NCBI GenBank assembly: GCA_964252035.1
Contig: OZ176205.1
Direction: 5' to 3' (one strand)
DNA: 64,000 nucleotides
DNA from: Podarcis erhardii
Lineage: Eukaryota
The position numbers and the translations under genes are program-made. The notes under the pieces were generated by a model. That model was not told the DNA's origin and made no database searches. It saw only the letters and a list, made by a program, of their open reading frames with translations. Shown here one piece after another: positions 1 to 10,889 of the stretch (positions within the stretch are counted from its first letter, which is position 1; every line of letters starts with the position of its first letter).

Positions 1-185
1 GTATTTGGTGAGTGCCAGTATGTGGTGTATTATGGCACCAGTCCCATCAGCCAGAGCGGGGGATCATCAAAAAGCTGCTCAACAGCTCAGCGAACTTACA
101 AAAGAAGCTCCACAACTGTTGAGGGCTCCCAAAAATAGGGGTTGTCTTATACATGGGGTCGTCTTATACACGGAAAAATACGGTA
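1..185. mobile_element. Right end of a Tc1/mariner-superfamily (Tc2/pogo-like) non-autonomous DNA transposon
   Basis: Ends ...ggggtcgtcttatacacggaaaaatacgg followed by TA (184-185); same CCGTATTTTTC terminus type as the complete element at 11475. Left end is outside the window. Confidence 0.7.
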
Positions 186-242
186 ATCTGTAATCTGCAG
201 ACATGTATACGCATATGTCCCAAGGAAACGTTGTAACAGTCC

Positions 243-498
243 TAGAATCATAGAATTGTAGAGTTGGAAGGTATCCAGAGGGTCATCTAGTCCAACCTCC
301 TGCAATGCAGGAATCTTAACTAGATTATACATGACAGATGGCCATCCAACCTCTGCTTAAAAAAACTCCAAAGGAGGAGAGGCCACCACCTCTTGTGGAA
401 GTCTATTCCACTGTGGAGCAACTCTTACTGTCAGAAATTATTCCTGATGTTTAGTCAAAATCTCCTTTCTTGTAACTTGAATCCATTGGTTCAGGTCC
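243..498 (-). mobile_element. CR1 LINE 3' end fragment
   Basis: Begins tagaatcatagaattgtagagttggaagg...ggtcatctagtccaacc, the reverse complement of the CR1 (ATTCTATG)-type tail and 3'UTR. Confidence 0.85.
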
Positions 499-2139
499 GT
501 TCAGTAAGAGAATGATCAGAAAGATTAGTCTGAACTCTCATCAATATAATGAATTCCCTAACTCTCCGAATATATTGAAACTGTGAAACAGGTTTCTCAA
601 ACTAGAAACTTTTAATGAACATCGGCATGGGCACACCACATTTTGTAGAACTGCTTGTCTCAGATATTAGAAGGCAAGATTCAGAAACAGGAGGCTAAAA
701 GCTAATACCAGTGAACCTCAACAGAAGGTTGTCTTGGAGCCAGAGTTAACCATGTATTACTATTATCCAAAAGTGCAAAGAATCTAGATTCATTCATGTT
801 CTTTCTGTGTTGTCTTATTAGGAAACTTGAAATCAGTTAGGTTAGGCTGATTGGCCACCAAAATTCCCATTGCAAACTGAGGCTATGACAAGTAAGGTGG
901 TACATACAGAGAGAGCAAATGGATGGAATTTATGCATAGAGCATGGGTCAGTTCCCATAAGCAGTGTACAGGCATATTTCTAGAACTGTACCACAAATGT
1001 GCACGTAGCCCCTTAGCATAAAAGTGGGCTGTATCTCTTATTCTTTTAATGAGAGCAGACATTATAGATTCCACAAGAAGGAATGTTGTCAGGTAGCAGC
1101 TGAAGTTGTAGTATCTATGTTCTTTGGTTTGACTTGTGTATACAATTTTTCATAATTATGCCTGTGGAGTATTTAGTCCGTTTTGTGGTTTGGCCCCTGA
1201 GGAATACACACGAGAGACAAATTAGTTTCCTTCTCTCTGTGTAAACATGTGGATGCAGCTGGAAAATGTGAAGGTGGATGGATTGTACATGCATTTGCTC
1301 TTTCTGCTGTGTTGTCTGTTTGGGTGGTCTGTTGGGAGCTGGGCAATTAGACTAAGCATTTCTCACTTAACTGTCCAGCAGTTAAACTGATCCTAGATGT
1401 TCAGAGGAAAGTTCCATATTTGTGCCAGTGTTTAGCTTGGCATGAAAAGTGTGTAGTTTATTGAGCTTGCTGTGCTTGGCTGTAAGTCTGTTTGTGTTAT
1501 TTCTGCTACACTTTTATTATTAAATCGTTGGCAGTGGTAGGTTCTCATTTGAAACTAGGATGCCCTATAGCTTAGAAGAATATGTTTTTATCTCTCTTGA
1601 CCCAAGGCCTAGTGTGCTTTGTGGTATGAGGGGAAATTGTTTTCTTGTACTTGTGATATGCTAGGGTTATCTGTGACACATTGCACTATGCGGTACAAAG
1701 AAAGTTAGTCACATGTTTTCATATTTTTGTTCCCTAAGTTCTTAATGTTTCTACTTTTCCTTAATTGAGTAAGATAGCTCTGCTTGAATCGTTTCAGATG
1801 GGCAGGAGTTCCTCTTCACATCTCTTAGTATAGCAAGGTCAAGTTTCCCTAATCATTCATTGGTCAGTGTTCTCATGCAGTGAATGCTTTTGTTGCCCTT
1901 TATTTCAGGTTTAGCTTTCTCTATGATATCCAGAATAGCAACAGGTCCCAAACCTTTGTTAAGATTGATGCACTCATTAGCATATTTGTTTGAATTGTTC
2001 TTTCTTAATACTTACCTATAATTTTTTTAAAAAAAAGTGTGAAATTTCTCAGTTTTTGATGCATGGAATAAAACATTTTTACCTCTTTTTTTATTACCCC
2101 TATACTTGAAATTTGAAATATCTGCAGTATCTACTTGAC

Positions 2140-2212
2140 CAGGCATAGGCAAACTCGGCCCTCCAGATGTTTTGGAACTACAGCTCCCATCATCCCTGAC
2201 CACTGGTCTTGT
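2140..2212. mobile_element. Left half of a palindromic hAT-type MITE with 8-bp TSD tacttgac
   Basis: caggcataggcaaactcggccctccagatgttttggaactacagctcccatcatccctgacc; tacttgac at 2132-2139 and 2213-2220. Confidence 0.8.
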
Positions 2213-2563
2213 TACTTGACTATCAATGGCAAATTAGGATGGCCTTTTAGGCTACAAAGTATATATTATCATGCAAGCACAACATTAATTATTGTTGAAT
2301 ATGTATGATATAATTGACTTTCTTATAAATCAATCTGAGAACTGATTATTCAAATTTTCTATATATGTGAGTTTCTTTTTCAGTTATGAGTCTGAAGAAT
2401 CTTCAGCTTGTGAATGTGGATCTCCCATCTTCCTCTGTACGCTCTTATGAGAATTGCACCACACATATGTGTATCAGTAATAGACATTTTGAGATACTTT
2501 TTTAAAGATAGAGTGGTAAGACTACTCCTTAAGAAGCCCTCATTGGATTAGGAAAATCTAAGT

Positions 2564-3690
2564 AATTACTGGCCAGTTGCCTATCTCCCCATCTTGGGCA
2601 AGGTTCTTGAGTGGGTGGTCATGGACCAGATCCAAGTGCTCTTGGAGGAAACTGATTTTCTAGATCCATTTCAGTTGGGGTTTTGGCCCGGTTTTGGCAC
2701 AGAAACTGCTTTGGTCACCCTATATAAAGACCTTTGTTGGGAGAGAGACAGGAAAAATATGTCTTTGGTCATTCTTCTTGACTTCTTCATCTGGAGTGGC
2801 TATCAGAGTAGGCGGTGGGTGGCATTCCTTTGCAGTGGTTCCAGTCCTACTTGGACAGTCTTTTCCAGAAGGTGATGCTTGAGGAGTGCTCTTTGACCCC
2901 ATGGAGGCTTCATTGTGGGGTTCCTCAGGGTTCATTTTATATCCCATGCTGTTTAACATCTACATGAAACTGTTGAGTGGGTTTATCTGGAGCTTTGGAG
3001 TCTGTTGTCAATAATACGCTGATGACACACAGCTCAACTTCTCCTTTATCATTGTCTTTCCTTGGTAATGGACTGGATCACAGCCAACAAATTGAAGCTC
3101 AATGCAGATAAGACTGAACCACTGTTAGTGGGTGGTTCTCTACACTGGATGAATGGGAGGTTGCCTGCTCCTGATGGGGTTGCTCTCCCTTTGAAAGAGT
3201 GGGTATGTAGCTTGGGGATACTCTTGGAACCTTTGCTGTTGCTTGATGCTAAATTGGCTTTGGTGGCATGGCCCAGCTGTGCCCCTGTCTGCACAGTGAG
3301 AGCCTAACTTCTGTTGTTAATTACTCTGGTAACCTCTAAGTTAGATTACTGCAACACTTTATATGTGGTGCTGCCTCTGAAAATGGTTTGGAAACTTCAG
3401 CTGGTGCAGAATTCGGCAGCCAGGTTGCTCACCGGGGCAATAGTATGTTTGAGCATATTAGACTGATACTGGCCTGACTGTTGCTTGTAAGCTAGTTTCC
3501 AGGTCTGATTCAAATTGCTGCTTTTGACCTATAAAGCCTTAAACAGCCCAGAACTTCAATACCTCAAGCACCACCTCGCCCCATATAAACTGACCTGGAC
3601 TGTTCAATCATCATCTGAGGCCCTTCTTCATGTGCTTCCTCCATGAGAAGTCCAGAGGGTGGCAACGCAAGAACATGCCTTTTCTGCAGT
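2564..3690 (+). mobile_element. Degenerate L2-clade LINE, 5'-truncated ORF2 (reverse transcriptase) remnant
   Basis: GKVLEWVV..Q.QVLLEETDFLDPFQ.GF.PGFGTETALV.LY.DL (ORF 2594), GVPQGS..PMLFNIYM and Q*YADDTQL (about 2917-3035), MDW..ANKLKLNADKTE (ORF 3062); stops and frameshifts present. Confidence 0.9.
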
Positions 3691-5168
3691 TCAAAGGGTC
3701 AGAGTATGGCTCTTCAATAAGTAACAAGGGTAGAATGTATTGCTACAGTAAAAGGTCACTGGGAGTCTGTTGGGTTTAATAGGTCTGAAGGAAGCTTAAA
3801 ATTCAATTTCATAATGTATGACACTTGGTTGTTTGCATCAAATTTATATTGATGCCCACAAGATTTTGTATGGTATTGCAACAAATGACTGAGATATCCA
3901 CCCATATAGATCCCCACCCAAAGTGACTGGTGCCTGTTATGAGTATCATTGCTCAGGAGATACCTAGCAAATCCACAATGCTTAATCTTTAGTTGAAGGC
4001 ACTGGAATTTTAGAGTGTTCAGAGCTTCCAGTCTTAAGCTGTATTTCATTTATATTCCTTGGAACTGTGCTTAGACAAGGCTACTTTTTGCCTGTTGCAG
4101 ACTTTGTGTTGATCATGGGATTTATTCAATTGTTTCCTGCATGATTTTACCTCTTGCAGCCCAAATGTGTAGATAATATGGATCAGGGAAAGTATATAAC
4201 ACTTGCTTTCAGATTTGCACTCACTTAGTGTTAATGATTTGTCTTCTCAATAACCTTCCTAAAGGAAAGTTTAATTATATAGTATGTCTTGTAATTAAAA
4301 TGCTGTTTCTCAAAATGCAGTATTGTTGGCTTGAAAATGTGACATTATTATCTTGTGTTTTAAAAAGAATGTTGTGTTTTTGCTGGGGTATGGTGAGGTG
4401 ATGGAATTCATTTGAAAGTTTATTTGACTTGATGAGAAGGTGTAAATGCAGCCTGTAAATTTTGCACATCAGCACTTGAAGCAGCTGGAAGCAGGGCTGC
4501 TACTGTTCCTCCTTTGCTAGGCAGGAATGCAATTTGGATTGAAACCTCTGTAAGATTTGAGACTGCCAAATGGAACAGGATAGGAGGTTGTTGATACTCG
4601 CTTCTGCTATACCCTTTTGAGTAAAAATGCAAGGGTTAAATGTAGTTCTTCGCTATGCTATATACAGACTACAGCATGTGGAAATATATCAATACCCAAT
4701 CAAAAAACAATTATTCTGGGGTGTCTTGCACTGTTTCTATAGGGAAACCTATTTTGAAGGTCCTCCCCAAATAAATGCAGGCTTTGTATTTAATTGTGGC
4801 AGGAGTTACAAAATAATCTGTTAGAAGGTGAGTGATCGTGCTTCAGAAAATTTGCAAGACAACTCACATTCAGGATCAAGTTGAAAGAAGTATGTGTGTA
4901 TATAGAAAATGCAAGTGCATCTTTATTCTTTTTTCTAGGTTCTTCATGTAAAATAGTCTATTTAGTTCTGACTTTAGAAATTAAGAAACCAGAAATTATT
5001 CATCTGGCGGTATAATTTATTAACCATGCTGTCATATCCAGTTTCTAAACTTTTGTGCCCTTCACAAAAGATTATCTTTTTAAAAAGTTTCTGCTCTCTT
5101 GTAGGACACCTGATGATGAAAAGTTGTATTGCCTTAATTACCTGAACTCTCCTGCTTTTGTCTTTCAG

Positions 5169-5211
5169 AATATGACAAACTGGGATTTCTCCTGCAGCTG
5201 GATTCCAGACT
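5169..5211 (+). CDS. ST3GAL3: ST3GAL3 coding exon, 43 nt, (E/K)YDKLGFLLQLDSR(L)
   Basis: Acceptor ctcctgcttttgtctttcag|AA, donor CT|gtgagt; reads AA TAT GAC AAA CTG GGA TTT CTC CTG CAG CTG GAT TCC AGA CT. 43 nt equals the size I recall for human exon 4. The first residue depends on the upstream exon outside the window. Confidence 0.95.
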
Positions 5212-5790
5212 GTGAGTAGAACTATGGAAAGGCTTTTTATTGATCTAGCATTATCAGTTTCCTCTGGAGACAAAATAGATTCTGATCCCTAGCTCTGTAC
5301 GGTAGTGCTCAGTAGTATGGCACAAAATTAACAGAGCTGGTTGGCAGCTTCTTCCTATTTTGCTCACAACTTTTCTCTTGGTCAATAAGATTCACAATTG
5401 CACTTTTTGTTGTTGATAGCTGATTGCACTGCACAGTATCTTCTCAGGAATAAGACCAATGGTGGTAACCTGTACTCCCCCTCCCCAATTTGGCCACTGT
5501 ATTTTTTTAATGTTGTTTTTATTAGTACTGAGAAGCAACTGGTGCTGTTGAGCCCTGTCATAGCTCTGGTATTTCAACCTCTTCACCAAGACTAGTGTGA
5601 CCATAGAGATGTGATCTCCCTCTCTATCTTCTCATTGGATCGATCTGACCTGATGAATATTCATATCTGTTCTTCAGTAAGGTATATCACCTTGCCTTGT
5701 GTATGTCATAAACTTTAAAATTAGAACTAAATTAGTAAAATGACAGATCACATTCCCTGAAGAGCAGAAGCTTAACATTGTTTTAGATGT

Positions 5791-5998
5791 GCGCAGCACA
5801 CGGAACGCCGTTTACCTTCCCACTGGTAGGCGGTCCCTATTTATCTACTTGCACCCGGAGGTGCTTTTGAACTGCTAGGTTGGCAGGCGCTGGGACCGAA
5901 CGACGGGAGCGCACCCCACCGCGGGGATTCGAACCGCCGACCATGCGATCGGCAAGTCCTAGGCGCTGAGGTTTTACCCACAGTGCCACCCACGTCCC
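5791..5998 (-). mobile_element. Sauria SINE, 5' part (tRNA-related head), CpG-rich and apparently young
   Basis: Reverse complement reads gggacgtgggtggcactgtgggtaaaacctcagcgcctaggacttgccgatcgcatggtcggcggttcgaatccccgcgg...gccaacctagcagttcaaaagcac...gtgcaagtagataaatagg, including a B-box-like GGTTCGAATCC. Confidence 0.88.
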
Positions 5999-6050
5999 CT
6001 ATGGAGTACCCACATCTAAAACAATGTACTTCAGTAAGGTATATCACAGT

Positions 6051-6083
6051 GCGGGTGGCACTGTGGGTAAAACCTCAGCACCT
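6051..6083 (+). mobile_element. Short forward copy of the Sauria SINE 5' head
   Basis: gcgggtggcactgtgggtaaaacctcagcacct, 31/33 identical to the reverse complement of 5961-5993. Confidence 0.8.
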
Positions 6084-7589
6084 CAGTTTTTAGTTACAAG
6101 TTGTTCTAATGACTAGATGGCGAGCGGATGTGTTAAGAAATTGCTGCTCTCAGGTATAACTCAGGAATGGATCTGCATTCCTTCTCTTGCTTTTGCTGCA
6201 GCCTGATGTAATGGCTGCTGCCAGGTGACTGTCAATGGAGGACAGAGCCTGGCTTCTCAGCAGAATTGGTTGTGGCCCAGCATCCTTTCTCTTCCTTCCC
6301 CTGTTGTAGCCTGATATTAATGGCTGCTGCCAAGTGACAGTTGCACGGTAGAATGAGCTGTCATTCAAAACATCTGAAGGGCACCAGGGTGGGAATGGCT
6401 GTAGTAAGGGCATACACAGTTATCTGAATTAATTTTTTTCTTGCAACTTCATTCAAACCAATTGTGAGTGCTTGTCCTACACATAGAGTAAACTTTGAAA
6501 AAAATTAAATTTGAACAATTGCCAGCAATTTGTGTTTAATATTGTGCTTTTTCTATTGCTTCATTTCAGGTTACTATTTAATAGCCAGTGCAGAAGTATA
6601 AAACAGGTGTGAAATGAAGACTAGATTGAAGTAAGCCATAACCAGTGATAAGGTGCAGAGAACTATGTTAGTCTGTAGCAGTAAGAAGATATAATAACAA
6701 AGTGTGACACTATGAGGCATGGGTGGGGCACTGTTTCCAGCAGACAAAATGGCTGCTAAGGTTGTCTAACCCCTGTGGGCCATTTTGGCATTCTGTCAGG
6801 TGGCACATTTTCCTTTGCCCTTGCAGTTTGAAATCAAAACATATGGCTAAAGGCAAAGGACTTAACAAGTGCTGCTGATCAGGCGGCAGGTAGGCAGGAA
6901 AATGGCCGTCTGGCCAAAATGATCCCTACTTAGGCCCACAGGTCATAAGTTCCCCACCACTGCTATAAGGCATGTCGACTAGTTTGTGGCACACATAATT
7001 TTCCTCAAGCAGGGGAAGGCTTCGTAAGATTCATTCACATATATGCCACTTTCCACTTTCTGATAAGACATGCATATACGTGCACACACACACGTATATG
7101 AGTTAAGGTATGTAAGAATATGACAACACCAGCACCCTTGTATTTCAGTTTTTCATGTGTTCATGTTCTTCCTTATGCCATGCTCCTTAATATACTCCTA
7201 ACTCATCACATATTATTAAAATATTGTAGCCAGGACTCAGCCTTTCTGTATGTGAAAGATTGGAAGCAAACAAGTCTCATCAGAAGAGAGTTAGTGGAAT
7301 AGAATTGACTATCCCACTAGCATTATTCCTCTCTTCTTTGTGTGCATCCACTGACTCAGATCAGATGGAGCAACTTTTTGCTTCTACTTCAAGCTTCCAT
7401 GAGGAAGACTTCATCAGCGGACACAAAAAAAGTGAATCATGCTTTAAGTGTTCTAGTTTGAAGTAGGAATGAGCCAGGCCATTCCTCCCTGTTCTTCTAT
7501 TTTTGAGATACCTCTCACTCAAGGACTTCCAGCGCTCTGCCCTTCTTAAGCAGAGGGACTGGATCATGGCCTGTATGAATTATGATCAT

Positions 7590-7730
7590 TGACCAAGTAG
7601 AAGGTAGTTTCCAATCTAGCCCAGTGTTGTTTGCTCTGACTGGCAGTGGCTCTATGGAGCATATGCAGAGGTTTTTCTGCACCTGTTAAAAGTCTACTTT
7701 TAACTGGGAATGCCAAGGATTTGTTAGTGC
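7590..7730 (-). mobile_element. Old SINE remnant (CR1-tailed, tRNA-derived type)
   Basis: ccaatctagcccagtgttgtttgctctgactggcagtggctct...actgggaatgccaaggatt resembles an old squamate SINE family; heavily diverged. Confidence 0.4.
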
Positions 7731-8363
7731 CCCTTGTGGAGGCCAGTTTGGCCTTCATTTCAAACTTCAGGAACTAATAAGTTGTGATTGTAGACCACAA
7801 ATTCCTGTCAATAATTAAAGATATAGTCATTAGATTTTTATTTTTTTTAAATTGCCCTACCTATTTTGAAGGTGGTTGTCAACAATTTTAACAAAAAACC
7901 CCCACATTATTTACAAAAATAGATAATTTGGGCAATTTCATCCAAATCGCTAACTGAGGTCAACCATTTATGTTAGATGTGCTAGCGAGAGAAATGTAAT
8001 GTCTGCTAACAATTAAGATTTAAGGTTAATTGGGGGCAACAGTCTGTCCATGTTATTTTGTACAATTTTGTTATTTTGTTTTTAGATCCAAATTCCTAAA
8101 TACTCCAGCCCATCAAAAGGCAATGGTTGATATAAGTGAGCATCAGACAGAGTTCCAATTTATTCAAATTCTTCAGTATCGAGCAAGAAATCTGAATTTG
8201 TTGACTACCTGTACAGGTCAGGTATCGCTGATTGGGTAGTTGTACCAAAAAGAAATATTTGGATACATTACCTGGACATTTAGAAAGCATAAATAAACTA
8301 AATATTGTTGTAATGGGTTAGGAAATGCTGTATTATTCAAATATTGTTGATTTTACTAACAGA

Positions 8364-8404
8364 GGGGTGTGTGGGTGGGTGTGGGTGTGGGTGTGGGTGT
8401 GTGT
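8364..8404 (+). repeat. (GGGTGT)n/(GT)n G-rich simple repeat
   Basis: ggggtgtgtgggtgggtgtgggtgtgggtgtgggtgtgtgt; six G-runs of 3 or more, fitting a G-quadruplex motif. Confidence 0.9.
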
Positions 8405-10309
8405 ATAACATTTTTTTATTGAAGTCCACAATTTTCTAGCAAAACTGTATATACCATGCTTTCCTTTGATCCATAAGCCATCACTGGATGTTTCCAGTGC
8501 AAAAGCAGTGTCTTTTTACAAAAATTGAAGATTCCAAATGTTGAAAACAATATTTTCTCCTATTGGCAAAGAAAGTCAAAGGAAAGGGTTAAAAACTAAT
8601 CTCTCTCTCTCTCCAGAGCTCAATGCAGAAGATAATCCTGGGGCAGGGAGAGGTTCAGAGTGGAAGACATCTGGGCATGGTGCTGCATGGATATTATGTT
8701 CTGGTTGATGACCCTGTTGACAGAAATGGTTTCATTATATGGCTGTTTTGTAGATGTGATTGCCCCTGTGGAATTCTATTGCTGATATGTAACTCTGTAA
8801 CAGTGCCTTAATTGGTGATGGTGTCTCCATGCCTGTATGACTTTGTGAAACAGAGCTTACTGAGCTCTGACAGGGAATTCTTTATCATTTTACCAACAAA
8901 GATAAAACAAATGAAGAAACTTTTTTTGTTAAACTAGCTTTTGAATTATGCATATTCTTTGGCTCATAGCCAAGATGCATCTATATTTGGGATGTTATTC
9001 AACTGGTGTAAATATAATGTGGTATTTTACATTGGGCTGCTTATGACTTTCTCTTTCATGTGATCTCTGCCTCTTTTTTACATTGTTGACGTTCAGCCTG
9101 TACTGTTCAATGTGACGTAAGTCACACTTGTTATGTTCGCAGCTAGGTAATGATTGCCTGGTATTATTTTCTAGAATTCATGGGAATTGAAAGGAAATGA
9201 GAAAAGGAGATTTCAGTATATCAAGGGGGGAATATTAAGAGTGAGCACTGTGTGAAACTGCATGCGGGCTAATATTGTCAGGCTGAAGTTCTGCCAAATA
9301 AGCTGTGTTCACACTGAAAATGAAAAGTTGGGGTGCAGAAAAGAGGACAGCCTCATAGGTTTTTTTAAATTGGGTGGTAACTTGCACATAAAGCTTTAAT
9401 CAAATTGGCAGCTGCTACACATACTGACAGGCACACTGTAAGCTGAATGGCTCTGGCAGACATTTTAGGCACTATATGTAAATTATGCGAAGCTATAGAT
9501 TGTAGGGCTGTTTCTTGACCCATATAAACGTACTTGGCAGTCATTCCTTTGTCTAGCCTGTCGCTAGAAGAGTAACCTTGCATCAACAGTCTGTGCTTAA
9601 TCAACTCCATAAATAATTGCAGATGGCAGCGTTACTACAGCATGTATTTTGAAGCCCAGAAACATGGATTTGCTATAAACCACACAGATTAACTAAAATA
9701 GTGTGTGTGGTAGTAAATAATCTATAGTATTTATTTGGTGGCTGCATCAGTTACTTGCAATGTTAGTGTCAGGTGCTGTGTGCACATACATTCACAAACT
9801 TTTAGTAGTGCTGGCTCCAGGGAGATCACATAATTGAAACTAAGGACTCATGGGAGGGCTTCCCCACCAGCCATTTTCCAGACATTCTGCAAGCTCTGAG
9901 GATTTGTCTTTGTTTTATTACATACTTGTGTTATATCTCCCATATCTATACTAGAAAGGACATATTACACTGTAATTGCAAACTTCTTTGTAAGAAATAA
10001 AATGTGTAGAAATTGAGGTCTTTGTCCAAAATAAGAGGAGAGCCAAAAATAACAACCTTCAACCTCTCAAACCCAAATGAAACTCAACCCAGACTGCGAG
10101 AAAACCATAAAAATGGAGGCAGCCTAAGCTTAGGAACCCATGGAACGTGAGTTACTAGTGTTTATTTAAATGTCTTCCCTACACAGCATTAACAAAAGCT
10201 TAAGCAGATTCCTTTGCCTCTTATTTCTGGGATGGTCTTGCGAACAGTGTTTTTCCACTTGAAGCTGAAGACACAAGTATTTAAGTTTTAGGAGGGCATA
10301 AATAAATAC

Positions 10310-10760
10310 TTTGGCAGATCTGACTACTTTTACACATACCGTGATTGCATTCAGATTAGGTTACTGCAGTGCACTCGATGTGAGGCTGCCCATAAAGAAG
10401 TTCAGAAACTACAGCTGGTGCAAAGTGCTGTGTTCAGCTTTGTGGAATATATTACTTCCGTATTATGTGAATTGCAATGGCTTCCTGTTTGTATCCAGGC
10501 ACAATTCAAAGTTCTGGTTATAACCTAGAAAGGCCAAAATGGTTTGGGACCAAGATATTTGAAGGACCTCTTCTCCCAACTAAATTCAACATAAAGAGGC
10601 CTTGTTCCATGCCCCTTTGACTTCAGAAGGTTGGTTGGGACTTATTGTTAGCAGAGGGAACTCCCTCCATTGGGAAGCCAGGTTAGCTCACTCTTTTGGC
10701 CTTCAGGAAAGCAGTGAATGAAGACATTCCTGCTTCACCAGACATTTTGTTTGTTTTAAT
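10310..10760 (+). mobile_element. Degenerate L2 LINE 3' fragment
   Basis: ORF 10311 ADLTTFTHTVIAFRLGYCSALDVRLP matches the L2 ORF2 C-terminal DLA.VTHALVTSRLDYCNALY.GLP motif; followed by gaaactacagctggtgcaaa. Confidence 0.7.
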
Positions 10761-10889
10761 TCCACTACCAATGTGGTTTGTAGTGTTGCTTCTGTTTCTT
10801 TTATCTCTCTGTTATTAACTGTATCTTATTGCAGTGATCTTAGAGCATATTATCCCTTTAAAGAGATCTTTGCCATGGATACTTTTGTT

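Noticed and set aside
2594-3307. Reverse-transcriptase-like ORFs as an active retroelement or host gene
   Set aside because: In-frame stop just before YADD, frameshifts and 5' truncation mark a dead L2 copy.
186-5168. Search for the 48-nt ST3GAL3 exon (NSVVLSFDSAGQTLGS in mammals) and the ATG exon
   Set aside because: No matching AG...GT segment found by eye; they are probably upstream of the window or absent in this lineage, which cannot be decided here.
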